Positions 25,967 through 39,296 are shown, counted from the first letter of the stretch. The stretch: 56,073 bases of DNA from Catajapyx aquilonaris (GCA_000934665.2 JYFJ02002486.1:1-56073); one strand, 5' to 3'. A program made the numbers and translations. The notes: generated by a model not told the origin, from the sequence alone.

Positions 25967-28900
25967 ATGATGTTGAGTGCCTCCTATCGGAGTACTTTCA
26001 TTATACGTCACCTTGGCCTGAAAGATGGAAGGAAACACGTGCGACCAGCCGGTATTACATCATTATTTTCTCCAGATACTAATAAGGTTATGCATATGAA
26101 ATAGTCGTAATAGCAACTTAATAATTAGCTAGTCGTGCATGGCTGAGAGTAGGTTGTATGAAAGTGAATTAGGAATAAATTTCTGATAATGTTTAGGTGT
26201 TCGCAAGGACATAATAATATACCGGTATGACATAATGGGACACTTCCTTTTTAATTTGAGTTGATACAACTAACTCTTAATCTATGATGGCGTGCTAAAA
26301 TATGGTGGCATTATGGAGCTTATTAGCAACTGGTTTCTCATTGTGGTGTTGAATTATTCGTATACCTGTAGATATAAATTTTTGTAACAAAATTGGTGAC
26401 AATATGTCGTACCGGTAAAGTTGCTGGGGTATATTCATAAGATGTGGCACTGTAAGACGGGGATATTTTGACCAGTTTTTCATGTACCGGTACTAACAAA
26501 AAATTCTTAGGTTTCAAAGCATATCGAAGCATTTTGGTACCAAAACACCTAGGTTTTGATCAGTGTTTCTCCGCTGGTCAACGTATCCCCGTCAACAGTA
26601 TGCATTTTTATTTATTTATTTACCTTATTACCTCATGGGAGCCCTTGTAGGGGGATACATGCAGTGAGGGGTAGCAATAGACCGAGGGGTTTGCTAATCC
26701 AAATGTGATATTATTGTTTCAGTTAGGCTCAATTTTGCACTGACAATTTTAGACATATGGTAGAGGTCAGTTTTCCACCAAATTTGAGGCCTGCAGGATG
26801 TGCAACCTGAATAATTACTGATTTGTATTATTGTTATTGGTTATGTATTTCATGGCATTGTAACCAAGGGCAACTACCTGAGTGAGTAGTTATGCAGGTT
26901 GCTCATTCTAAGATGACCTAAAGATGCATGAACATGTGCCTTGCTTATATGTATGGTCTAACAGTTTTTTATTTATTTACAGGATGTTTGATCCATATAT
27001 TTATTTATAGTCTTTTGGCATTCAAAATTTTTCATAACATTAAACTCTTGGCTAAAAGTGAAAATGTTGAGTTCCAAAGTTGTTGCCACTACTCGGCTTT
27101 TACGGCTGACATGGGCACCAGATGCAAGGGTTAAGAATAGTGAATTACATGTTCTCAGTTTGAAGTGGCTTTGCAAACCATTCCGAACCTATAGAACAAC
27201 TTCAACATCTGAACAAGAATCATTGCCTGTACGTGTTGATGATTAGTTTATTGCATGCAACAACTGATGTACTTGTGCAAAATAATTGTCCCATAGTGCC
27301 ATGTTGTGGATCTACGAAGTGACACGGTGACAAAACCTAATGTAAACATGCGACGAGCCATGTTTGAAGCAGAAGTTGGAGATGATGTTCTTCGGGAAGA
27401 TCCAACAGTTACACGTACGTCCATGTTGTTTTGGAATCAGATGTTGCCTATTATCTACAATTTTCTGGTGCAGGGTTGGAGGAAAAGGTGGCTACCCTTC
27501 TGGGAATGGAGCGAGCACTCTTTGTACCATCAGGAACGATGGGAAATCTAATTGCAAGTATGTCTATATTAAAATTTCAATTGCAAGTGATTGATTACCA
27601 TATCTGCAAACTGTTTCATTGCCGTAAAAATGATGTTGACTAGTTTTAGAGTTGCCTACCTGATGCATTACATTAGCACAGCTGCAGGGGTCGAAATATT
27701 TGGATGCAAAGGTACAATTTGCACTCAAAAAGTGTCATGTGCACTCCAAACAGCCTTATTGGATTGCAAAGTTGCACTCCAGTTGGTCCTGCTTTTTAAC
27801 ATAGCTTAACATAGTAATTAAATATTAAGCACTCCAAGTAAGCAATTTGTACTCCAGATGAAAGTCTGGATTGCAAACTTTGCATCTGGACAAAAAATTA
27901 AAATTCGACGCCTGCAGCTGGTATAGGACAATTTTGAATATGGAAATTTCAGTGTGTAGGCAAAAATCAATATTGGCTTATTAGTTATTGCAAAAGTCCT
28001 TTTTGCTAGTTTACATGGCTTGTGACTGAAGGTCAAAAGCCAAGTGCTTTGAATGTGTCATTTGCCAAGATTGCCTATGCTGAGATTGATCAGTCCTCAT
28101 TCTCACTTCTGTGTTTTCTCTCCCTCAATTGTGTGTGGTTTTATTATTTTCCCCTCAAGAAGTGACTTGACCTTCTACAACCATGGACTTGACTGACATG
28201 ATTAACCCATGTTTCTCCTGATAATAACACATAACTGTTCATCTTGCCACCCCTCCCAATGATCATGAGTATGCCACTGTTATACGATGAAGGCATGCGT
28301 GTAGGAACAGTAATAACACTGTTCTGCAAAAACAACTTTATTTCGCTCTTTTGAAAACTTTTACGTGCTTTTTATGGATTCTGGGGTGCTGAATCCGAAT
28401 CCGGCAACAGATTTGCTCTATCATGTACAGTTTTTGAGATATATCGTTTTAAAATTTTGGACGGTTTACTAGGGGTCTTTCCGAATCAAGTGGGCCTAAA
28501 TGTTGCTAGAGCGCCTCGGATCTTGGTGAAAATAATCCCAGATGTACTCATCTATTCCTTAATGCTGCCTATAAATATTATGTTATGAAAAGGTCCCCTC
28601 AGTTTCTGAGGCCTGGTGCAAGCACACCTGACTGCCCCCATGTCTCCCACTCCGATGAAAACAGAGCAAGTATTTTTACTCGAAAATAGGTCGGAGCAGG
28701 GCTGCACCTGGTTACAAAACATCCACCAGTGACGTCACTGCTACAGGTGAGGACCCTCCGAACGTGTCCTCTGACGTATTGTTCGAAAGGGATGGGGAGG
28801 GGTGGGTGAGCGATAGAGCAGTTCAGGAACTGTGCAGTGTAACTAAGAATATCCACCATCAAGTGGCTGGGATTATTTTTGGGAGAAATTATTTTATAAA

Positions 28901-31900
28901 GTTTACAGCCATGTGATATGCAGCAAGAAGTGTTAAAATAAAAGCAGTTGATGAAAATGTGCCCTGAATTTATAGTGCTTTTTATGCAGCCATGGTCCAT
29001 TGTTCAAGAAGAGGAGCTGAAGTACTACTGGGGAACAATTCACATATGTTTTTATTTGAGCAAGGCGGAATGGCGCAGGTTAGGTAGCGAACAATCTTTC
29101 TTGTTGCAATCAATTAGAAGAAATTATTGGTTTTCAGATAGCAGGTGTGCAAGCTAACACCCTGGCAAATCTTTCTGATGGAACATTCAGTTTGGAAGAG
29201 TTGGTGTCCAAAATTCGCTCAGAAGATATTCACAACCCAATAACATCTCTAATTTGCATTGAGAACACCCACAATATTTGTGGAGGCAAAGTGCTTCCTC
29301 TTCCATGGCTGAAAAAGGTCAGTAGAATAGAGTAATTCATAATTGAAAATTCATATCCCCCCCACCCCCACCCTTTTTTTTTGCTTGTTTCAGTTAGGTG
29401 AGCTGTCCCAAGCACACAACATTCCAATTCATGTTGATGGGGCACGATTGTTTAATGCAGCTGTGAAACTAAAGATTTCTGCGGCAGAATTGTTACGGGA
29501 TTGTGCTTCTTGTAGTGTTTGCCTCAGCAAGGGTTTGGGAGCTCCTGTGGGCTCAGTTATTGCTGGATCTGAAGAATTTATTGACAAGTTTGTATCGCAT
29601 TTTGTAATACAAATTTCCATTTGTAACACTTCGTGCAATGCAGGGCACTACGTGTACGGAAGGCACTGGGTGGTGGGATGCGACAAGCTGGCATTCTTGC
29701 AGCTGCTGGATTAGTTTCCTTGGATTCCATGATTGAAAGGCTGGAAGATGACCACCATCATGCTCAAATTATTGCTCAAGGTATGGATCACTCTGCAATA
29801 GTTCATGATAGAGCCACTGTCTCAAAAATTAAAACTTTAAATTTTATTTTCAAAAGCACACAACCTTCAAAAAACATGCTGGCGAAAGTCCAGTATATTT
29901 TGATGTATCGAAGGGAAGATAAGAATAATTGATGGATGGATACCCTGTGATAGGTCCTGTTGGGCCTTTCAGGGGATCATCTTGTAATTAGCTGAATTTA
30001 TTCATTGCCTATGCTGTGATTGGTTTTGATTGTGGAAGGAAATGGGAGAGCCCCGAGAAAACTCACGCAAACACAAAGAGAACCGATCGAAACTCAATCC
30101 ATATCAGTATCTTCTGTCCGACCTGGAGATCGAGCTCGAAGACTTCAGAGGTGGAAGGCTGTGGCAATAACCACTAGGGAAGATAGGAATATTATTAGTT
30201 TAAGGGTTTTGAAACTTAACAGGAAGAGCCATGTGACTACATGATTCATGGTCACATACTTCAAGAGCGTGGGCATTTGTGGATATTATTGCCATCAACA
30301 GCTATGCCTGGTGCTTTTTCTGTAGTAGTAGTAGGAGCAAGAGTAGGAGGCTATGTTCATTGCAGTTGTTTTCTTTTGATTTACCAGAAACAAGAGTCTC
30401 TAAAACAGTGGTTCCCAATCTGTGGGCCATGCGCGACCCCGGTTATTTTTATAAATTAAAAAATACGAGGGTTGAGTCAAAAGTCATGGCGCATATTTTT
30501 TGATTCAAAAATGGTAACACATACAGAGATGACCATTGCTGAGTCTTGAAGATCCGGCGATTACAATTTTATCCGGCATATAGATGTCGCCCATATCACG
30601 GGGGGGTGGGGAAACAAAGGGAGAATGTGACCCCCCCCCACCGCACCATCGCCCTAAGATGGCCCGAGCCCGCCAGGCTTGGAGCTGTTGGAAGCTGCAT
30701 GAGGGACACTTGGAGATGGAGAACACCGCAGCTTGCTTTCGAGTGTGGGACAAGTCAGAGCACTATGACCGGAGCCATGTGTCATTCATCGCCACAGACA
30801 GTTTTAAAAAACCATCGCCCTCAATGCGAGAGAGTTCCAAGCGAGGGCAAAATGGCAGCACTTTTGCACCTCGAAGAGATGGCGAGGAACCAGTGAGGAT
30901 GGCAACTTCCTGAGACCTTTCAGTCTTTCAGAGTCCTAAGCGTAGTGCTCTGACTTGTCCCATACTCGAAAGCAAGCTCCAGTGTTGTCCATCTCCTAGT
31001 GTCCCTCATGCAGCGTCCAACAGCTCCAAGCGCGGTGGGCTCGGGCCGCCTTAGGACGATGGTGCGGTGGGGGGGTCACATTCCCCCTTTGTTTCCCCAC
31101 CCCCCACGCGATATGGGCGACATCTATAGCCAGATAAAATTGTAATCGCCGGATCTTCAAAACTCATCATAGGTCATCTCTGTATGTGTTACCGTTTTTG
31201 AATTAAAAAATACGCGCCATGACTTTTGACTCAACCCACATAACTAAAATAAATAAATAAATAAAATAAATTTTATGGGGGGGCCCGGGGGGTCCGCAGG
31301 TTACTTGACTATCATAAAAGGGGGTCGTGACCCGAAAAAGGTTGGGAACCACTGCTCTAAAAGGAGGGGCTAAAGTAAATGAGGGGTGGTGGGTATACAG
31401 GGTGCTCAACTTTTTTGCCCGATCAGTTATCGGAAAAGCCTATGTATCTTCTAGCTGTGTAGCCAGAATATGCCCCAACATTCCTGGCACCTCAACAGTT
31501 GAGGGATGTGCCAGAAATGTTGGGGCATATTCTGGCTACATAGCTAGAAGATACATAGGCTTTTCCGATAACTGATCGGGCAAAAAAGTTGAGACACCCT
31601 GTATACAGTGTGTTTCTTACTAGTACGTCAACGTGAAGTCAGCGTAATCCTTGGGCCAAAACAAGCCGAAAATGTAGAGGTGGGAAATGCTGAGGGACCA
31701 ACCTTGAACGAGGTAGAATGGGTCCTACACCCATTGTGCATGCGTGGAACTGGGGCAATGGAAAGCATTGACGTAACAATATGAGGCAGACCAATTATAA
31801 GGCTTATACATACACACCCACTACGATTTTAATATTGTAGATTTACACTAGCAAGTGAAAAAAGTGATTCACTTTATGGCAGTGGTCTGGAACCAAACTT

Positions 31901-32727
31901 TGCATATTACCAAGGTATGCTTGTACTATCACAGACAAAAAGAATGTCACAGGGGGAAATACTGTTATGGGAGTGATCCGCGAGATTTGTTCCCGGGGAG
32001 TCCCCATGAGATAAGAAATGTCACCAGATGTTACATTTCCCTGCGAGATTGCCATGCTCCCTTGTTTTTTAGCTTTTCAGTCTCGGTTGGTGAATACCTC
32101 GACAGTGGGGAATACTAGTACACATACCTTACCTATTTTCTAAAATCTAGTGAGCCCTGATTTTACTGGCATGTCACTATACAAGGTGTTTCTTACAAGT
32201 AGGTCAAGCTGCAGTCAGCGTATTTCTTGCCCCAAAACAAGTTGTAAATGTTCCGTCCTTGGAGGGTTTTACACTATAGAATATCTGGAAGGCAATGTCT
32301 TACCTTATTCTGTTGAGGTCTTCCTCTTTGTTCTGGTTACCCAATGGCATTAGAATATTCTGGTTTGTTGCAGCGATCAAGGACGTAGGCAGTGCGTATG
32401 TAACAGTTGAGCCAGGTGATGTCCACACTAATATTGTCATGGTACACTTGGATGTGGACAAAATTAGTCCTGATGACTTTTGCCAACGAATGGCCATGGT
32501 ATGTTTTCTGCCCTTATAAATTTGTACACAGCTACTGACTCTAACGTACATTGCAGGTAACAGATCAGGAGCTGGTGGAACTGAAAAATGCTGTTGTGGT
32601 AAAAATGTTTGCTCTGACAGCAACTGATGTACGATTTTGCCTGCATTGTGATATTACCAGAGAGGACGCTGAGTTGGCGGCCTCCAAATTTCAATATGTA
32701 ATCAAAGAAATAGAATGTAGCAAATAA
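25967..32727 (+). CDS. THA1: Low-specificity L-threonine aldolase (PLP-dependent, beta-eliminating lyase family; GLY1/ltaE/THA1 homologue); about 405 aa, 9 exons
   Basis: Exons 25967-26086, 27297-27414, 27474-27557, 28990-29078, 29138-29317, 29394-29587, 29644-29780, 32374-32498 and 32557-32727 are all GT-AG and join in frame (1218 nt). Motifs are [66 protein letters not shown] (PLP lysine), [12 protein letters not shown] and TNIV. Exon 1 is the least certain. Confidence 0.93.
27685..27914. mobile_element. Short intronic TIR element (hAT-like termini)
   Basis: caggggtcgaaat ... aaattcgacgcctg, with cagctg on both flanks and internal tggat(t)gcaaa/gcactcca repeats. Confidence 0.4.
30022..30178 (-). 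mobile_element. Degenerate tRNA-derived SINE with a V-SINE-like core
   Basis: The minus strand has a tRNA-like head, then ttctctttgtgtttgcgtgagttttctcggggctctcccatttccttccacaatcaaaa, which resembles the V-domain consensus as I recall it. Confidence 0.5.
30406..31354. mobile_element. hAT (Charlie-like) MITE carrying a nested palindromic element
   Basis: TIR cagtggttcccaa / ttgggaaccactg with an 8-bp TSD ctctaaaa (30398-30405, 31355-31362). Confidence 0.85.
30466..31240. mobile_element. Tc1/mariner-type foldback MITE with arms of about 300 bp
   Basis: TA-flanked; cgagggttgagtcaaaagtcatggcgc... pairs with ...gcgccatgacttttgactcaacccaca. The arms are about 30466-30765 and about 30940-31240. Confidence 0.8.
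31398..31601. mobile_element. Tc1/mariner-type palindromic MITE
   Basis: TA flanks and cagggtg...caccctg termini; near-perfect arms of about 95 bp around a short loop. Confidence 0.85.
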
Positions 32728-33160
32728 TGTGCTCAATTTATGAGAATTTTTTTAGTTCTTCACATTTACTAGTTTTGAATGAACAGTGGAAATGAATAAT
32801 AATAACAAATGATATATTTGGGAAGAAAATTTTATTACTTAGAGATGGGTAGGAGCACACAGCATTAAGGGGGCGCAGTATAAAAAATACAGTAAACCAG
32901 ATGGCTCTGCAGCTACGAAACGTGTTACCATATTTTTGCTACTGCACCGCCATAATACTGTCATCTGCAATTTTTGGAAAAGTGGCAAGACAAGTGCCAG
33001 CAGGAAAGTGGACCTATTTTGTAGTTAATTATTTTCCTTTGTTTGATGGGAAATAATATTTATGTGCTAAGGTCCAGTTGCACTGCCTCCAGGAAACATT
33101 TGCTGGAAAAGTGCCAGAAAAGTTTCTTATAACTGTATTTATTGTCGAAACACGTTAGTG

Positions 33161-34004
33161 CAGGGGTTCTTAAACTGTGGGGTACACCTCCCCAGGGGAG
33201 GTGTGAGTTGCCACAAAAACTGGAAATAGTTTTATCCACATTTATGTATGCAAAACTCTAGAATGCCCATACCATGTACCATAATGGTACACCGAAGCAG
33301 GTTGGTGTAGTGGATTTGGAGTCCGCCTGGTAATCGGGAGGTCCTGGGTTCGAATTCCGGGGCCGGTGACCCTGACCGTGGTTTTCTGTGGTTTCCCACG
33401 GTCCCCCCTGGATAATTCCGGGGTTGTTTCCATAAAAATAAGCCACAGCCGCTTCCTTCTGCCCCTGTCCTTGGCCCCACCCATGTGGGAAGTAAGAGTC
33501 AGAAAAATCAAAGAAAACTGACAGTAGTATACTACCCCCCTAAAAGGGCTCTGCCCTATCACAGGGCAAAATAATTTAAAAAATAACAAAAATAATGGTA
33601 CACAAAAAATACCCTTATTTCGTCAAGTCCAATGTTACTTTGTATCCACTTCCATGAAAAAAGTGCTACCAATTTCATCAAATACACACCCATTCAAATC
33701 TCCCAGTCAGTTATATTCACCTAAGCTCGTGCGACCTTGAACCCCCAAAAATTTCCCCTGCGGCACTAACTGCTGCCCCTTTACGACTAGTTTAACTATT
33801 TCATTTAAGGATATGACATTTAAATTATTTTCCTTGGCATTAATTATGCAATTTTGGAGAAGTACCATATTTTTTGGAAAAGTACCATAACTTTCCAGGG
33901 TTGGTACCATAAGCTCTATTCCGTGATCTGGCATCGCTGGGGAGGTGTCGGTCACAAGATCTTTCCCAAGGGAGGTGTGACAGCAAAAAGTTTAAGAACC
34001 ACTG
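33161..34004. mobile_element. hAT-like non-autonomous element hosting a SINE
   Basis: Termini caggggttcttaaact / agtttaagaaccactg. No matching 8-bp TSD is visible, so it is old or rearranged. Confidence 0.5.
33291..33591 (+). mobile_element. tRNA-derived SINE (family 1), second copy with a different 3' tail
   Basis: The head and core are homologous to the 21470 copy. TSD ataatggtac(ac) at 33281 and 33592; A-rich tail. Confidence 0.88.
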
Positions 34005-35039
34005 CCTTGTACAGGCATACAAGCCATGCATGGACCCAGAGAACGGGGAGCTGAGATCTTTCATTGGAAGGATGGAAGGTTTCATGACCCATTGGGACAA
34101 GTGGGAGGGGGTCATAGGCATGCTGGAAGAGTGGCTCATCTGGAATAGATGGGGCAGAGGGCAAGGAGAAGGGCAGCCAGGTGAGTTGATGATGCTTATT
34201 GACCCAATCATCATGGGAAAGGGTCATTGTGCAATGTGAGACTTGAATGTGAATAATTGTTTCCTTGTTAGCCACCGATGGGGATCCCAGCCACCTTCCA
34301 TCAGAAATGCTTACAACTGATGGCCATGCTGAAAGTGATCCTGGTGGCTTACGACAGATGTCAAAATTGAAATGGACCAGTTCAAGGTGGAGGAGGTGAC
34401 TATTGATATGGAAGGAGTGCAGGATGCAGGAAGTTGGGTAAGGTTAACTGCTGGAGAAGCCAGTCATGAAACACATAGGCCATAGGGTGCTTATGGTAAC
34501 TATAGTGCTGCTGGACAGTTCAACTGGAATGTCCATGGAACTAGTTCATACAGAGTTGATCACTTAGAGGCTAGGCTCAAAGTGAGTTTGTGCTCACCTC
34601 AAACTCTGGCATTTAAGGTTGAATGGAAATGCATAATGAAGGTTGTTTGGGTTTTGACCTTGTTTCACTGACATGCTAGGCAATAGGCATGGATTGGATA
34701 AACAGTATTACAATGGGATAACTCATATGGATGAAATTATGGCATCATACTACCATCATTTCAGGACTATATGATGTTTTCCCACATCCTACAGGATTCT
34801 CAGATGCAAATTTTGGAAGGGCAGACTTCAGAGAACATTAGAGAAACTAATGCCCTGATGGGTTACAATGACCCTGGAGCTGGAAGTTCGTCAAACCAAC
34901 GTATTTCATTACGCAGTAGTCATTATACGTTATTATGCATTCATGAATGACGGGCTTGGTGAGTGTGGAAATAATATTGAAGTACTCAATGTAGAAGCAG
35001 TGTGCCAGGTACTTTGAGCAGTACAGTGGCCGTTATGTT

Positions 35040-35186
35040 GTATCATCAGTTCAACAAGAATTGTCCCAGTCATCCTGATGTGTGTGCTGCCCGCTCGACA
35101 CACACCATGTAACTTACATGGTGTGTGTCGAGCGGCCAGCCCACACGTCAGGATGACTGGGACAATTCTTGTTGAACTGTTGATAC
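35040..35186. mobile_element. Palindromic MITE of about 147 bp (copy 1)
   Basis: Near-perfect hairpin gtatcatcagttcaacaagaattgtcccagtcatcctga...tcaggatgactgggacaattcttgttgaactgttgatac. A second copy lies at 54511-54657. Confidence 0.85.
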
Positions 35187-38100
35187 ATTGTTGCAATGTA
35201 GGCATACCACTCTTTGTGGTGCCATTAAAAACAGCAAGAACCTTTCTCATTGACTTACATCATAATTTTATCTGTTATATGCCATTTGACTTTATGTAGC
35301 TGAATTGCTGGAACCAATAAATTACCTGACTAAAACGCAATGTGAATCTTCCATACATTGGCTACGACGTGGGGTCTTTAAGGACCCCATGCGGTTTTCA
35401 TTTTTAAAAAAATGTGACAACACTAAAGCCATTCTTCCCCACTAAATTCGGCCTGTATTCTCATCTGTATGTGTAAAAAAAAATCGATCTCCTGTGACCA
35501 TTAGTTGAGTCATAAGGGACTTGAGACTCCATTATCGCAGGTTCGTAGCCTTCCAGCTCGATGCCGTAAGTAATGGCTTATAACGTAAACCTCCCTGACG
35601 TGATCAGATCAATCCCCTTCGGACACTATTGGTCAATATGTCATCTAATCACTTGAGATATAGGTTAGTTTTCGACACATGTACCACATGTGCAAATTTG
35701 AGGCTCATGGAACTCGTAATCCCAGTTTTTGGAGGGTTTAGAGCAACATGTGCATAAGTGCCTCGTGAAAAAAAGTTTCAAGATAGAACCTTTTCGATTA
35801 CCACTGATCATTTATATTTTTATTACTGTCATATGCACACTTTATAAAATACGATTTGCTGTGATGTGCTGTGCTGTGATTTGTGAGTTTGTTTGTCCCT
35901 TATGGAAATCCAGGGGAATGCCCCTACAGCGCTCACAGGGGGTTACTTTTTTCGAGGAATTTAATGCCGCACGTTTCAGCTCCTGAAAATCATCTTGACT
36001 CCCACAACACGCATATTCCTGAATCTTCTCACTACTCGGGCACCAACAATAACCAACTTAACAATATTAACGTACCGGTATATCAACATCAATAACAATA
36101 TATTTCAACCATTTCTCTTTTTCCAAGTTCGCAATCCCATGGAAATGCCCTTATGCAACAATACCCAGCAAATTAAACCATCACGGGTATTTCATTTGCA
36201 TCGATGTTTCGTTGTTCTATTTTTTTTTACACTTCCTATCACCGTAAATTCAAGGCAAACCAAGGCAAGACGCCCACCTAATGTGAGTTTGTTTGGTATG
36301 GTCATTCCAGGATTTTGTGGGTTATTTGGATGTGTGTGTGTGTGTGGAAGTAGACTTCCAGACACAAATATTATATCTCGACATACAACATTACTCAGTG
36401 TTGAAAACAAACTTTCCCACCAGACATCTGTGCTTACATTTCTAAAGTTCTTCAGGGCAAACATATGGAACAAGGTGGGGGTGTGAGGTGTGGTTGGTGG
36501 GTGAAGGGGTCAAAAATTCTGGGGGGGAAATAACACATGGCTGCACAGCATTTTCCTAGGCCAACTCTATCCGCATTCATCTTTTTACACATCCAATCGG
36601 CATATCTGTGTCGACTACGCTATAACTGAAAGAGGTAATTTATCACAAACAATGACAAACTTTGGCTGCTCGAGTTTGTACCAATATATCGGGCGAGTTG
36701 TCTTAGGGCGACTATATGTACGTCGGGCAAATTTACATCGGGCCAAGGTCTTCTAGATGACAATATGCCGTGCGTCTTTTCAAATGTAGACATTGGCTTT
36801 CACATTGCTGTTCCCAAATTTCAAAGTGCATGCGCCTTTGTTAATAACAAAAGAGTCACCCAAACGTGAATTCTGTAGGGAGTGTAGGAGGTGCACAAGA
36901 GGGATAAACACAGTATGGAGGCATCACTCGGGCCGTTGTCTCTCTAGGGGTGTGTGAGTGTGATGTAAGGTCTGTGTCTCTATTTTCCTCCATAATAATT
37001 ACAGGATTCTGAACATGCCATACTGTACTGGCTGCTGATGCCCCGTCATCCCAGAGGACCAGTACTACGCAAGTTGTGGGAGATGCCTGGCGCCCCAAAC
37101 CCCCGAGACGAATACTGGTAAGTATTTCCCAGTTAGCAAAATGCTTGGCAAAATGTTTATGTTCCGGAGTGGAGATTTCCTGTACATAATTATGACACAA
37201 GTACTGTACGACAAAGAGCTGGTACAGGTACAATGAATGCATGATGACGCGTTCAACACAGTTTATGTAGCTCCTTTATGACAAGTATAGGAACATGTTT
37301 TTAGAAAGCATGAATCACCTGCCATTGGAAGTGTCTGGTTCAACTATTTTTTTAAATACCGAAGAGTTTGTTCTCATAGGGGTCTAATGGTCGAAGGCAA
37401 AGCATACTGGTATTCACAAAAATCATGAACAATAACTAAGATTGGAATGTTACATTGAAGATATCTTCTTGCAATTATTTCCACATATAAAGCAATAATA
37501 ATGATTTTATTTAGATGGGGTGTTAGAAAAACAGGAAAATTACTTTGCTATACTTTAAAAGTCACAGATCTTCCTACTGTATGAATACTAGGACTATGAA
37601 ACAGTTACATTATTGGAACACTTCTTTCTCATGCTATAGAATATGTAAATGGTACGCGTATAAATGGCTCACAATCAATCGACGGCAGCCTACGTTTGTA
37701 CGTAAAATACTGCAGTAACCCTTCTGATAAATTGGACATGTATGAAAATTAATATGTTTTGTAGGTGCAGGTGGGTCCACCGAGGGAACCCCCAAGTTCG
37801 ACAAATTTCTGGAAAATAGGGAACAAAAGGAGCAGGAAAGAAGGGGTCATTTCGTTGAGGGCAAGAGAATGCGGCTTTCCACTGGCCGGGCAGCCATTGG
37901 AAATGTGACTGTAAGTATATGGGTGATTCTCCAAAAACTTACCAATACCATGTCCTGGCATAATAACTCAAAAATGGCTTGACTGAGAGAGTTGATTTTT
38001 TAAACATTTGGAGAAGCAGTTGACACCTAGCCATCCCCATGAAAACAAAGAAAAATATTAAATTAAGTTTTACTGCAAAAAATGTCTAAGGGCCTAAAAT

Positions 38101-38453
38101 CACTATTCTTGGCATGTACCGATCTCATTTTAAAGCATGCTATATTCTCTTACAATTTTATCATTAACATTAGACAAGTTTCAATACTATATTTAAATTG
38201 TAAATACCGGTAGTTGAAGGTATAAATAAACAACATTTTTAAAACGATTTATTCATTTGACATGACCTTGCTGCATCACTCCAAAGTGTGTCCCGAGTTT
38301 TCCCAGAACTAAAAAGTTCACACTCCTGGCTCATTTTTCTATGTCACATAATAGCTTAAATGTTCCACTTCCCCTCCAAACGCGGCTGCGAAAGCAAGCA
38401 GTTGAACAAGGCTCCCGAGTTAAGAGATAAGAGCTCGACACTACGCTTGAAAA

Positions 38454-39278
38454 ATGGGGGCTTCGGTGCAAGAGATTGAGGTCCTACTTCAACGTGCAGA
38501 GGAAAGGATGGTGTTGAGGATGAAGAGCGAGATATCACTGGTGGTGACAGAGGCAATACAAGAACAAGTGATAGTGGTGCAAGCACGGATGGGGCAGTTG
38601 GAGGAAGAACTGAGGTCTGCAAAAAGTCAAATGGCAGTACTGGAACAAAAGGTGACGGAGTTGGAGGACAGAGGCAGAAGAAAGAACGTGATCCTATTTG
38701 GGGTGGGGCCAGATGGGCAGGAATCGTGGGCCAAAACCGAGAGCACTGCACTGAAGGTACTGCGTCATTTTGGAATCATCTCAGGTGATTACAACTTATC
38801 CGTGGAGAGATGTCACCGACTAGGGAGGCTGCGGCAGGGTCACCTCCGTCCCATTATACTCCGCTGCACATTCTTCAAGGACAAAGAGGCGTTATTGGGC
38901 AACGCAGGAAGGTTGAAGAACTCAGAACTGTCGTTGTCAGAAGACTACTCGTTGCAGACAAGGGAGATCCGTCGTCAGCTTTGGCCGTATGTGAAGAGAG
39001 CTAAAGAAGAGGGCAAGACGGCGGTATTACGTCGAGATCGGGCAAGAATCGATGGGCGCTTTTTCACACTGGATCAATTGAAGGAGGACAAGGAAGACGG
39101 TTCCCAATTACAGCCTCGGGAACAACGATACCGTGAAGATGCAGGGCAAGTTGGTACAACAACTAAGGGAGGATTTGGATCCACAGCAAAGCGACCAGCC
39201 TCGCAATCGCCTCAAGGTCAACTGCCGCACAAATCAAAAGGAGGAGCGGCTCTTGTGACAACAATCGATGAAGATTAA
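38454..39278 (+). CDS. LINE ORF1 protein (coiled coil plus L1-ORF1-like RRM/CTD)
   Basis: A heptad-rich N-terminus followed by LEDRGRRKNVILFGV, VERCHRLG, RPIILR and LSEDYS..TREIRRQL motifs. Confidence 0.85.
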   Translation: MGASVQEIEVLLQRAEERMVLRMKSEISLVVTEAIQEQVIVVQARMGQLEEELRSAKSQMAVLEQKVTELEDRGRRKNVILFGVGPDGQESWAKTESTALKVLRHFGIISGDYNLSVERCHRLGRLRQGHLRPIILRCTFFKDKEALLGNAGRLKNSELSLSEDYSLQTREIRRQLWPYVKRAKEEGKTAVLRRDRARIDGRFFTLDQLKEDKEDGSQLQPREQRYREDAGQVGTTTKGGFGSTAKRPASQSPQGQLPHKSKGGAALVTTIDED

Positions 39279-39296
39279 CAAGTTGACGAGAGGATT

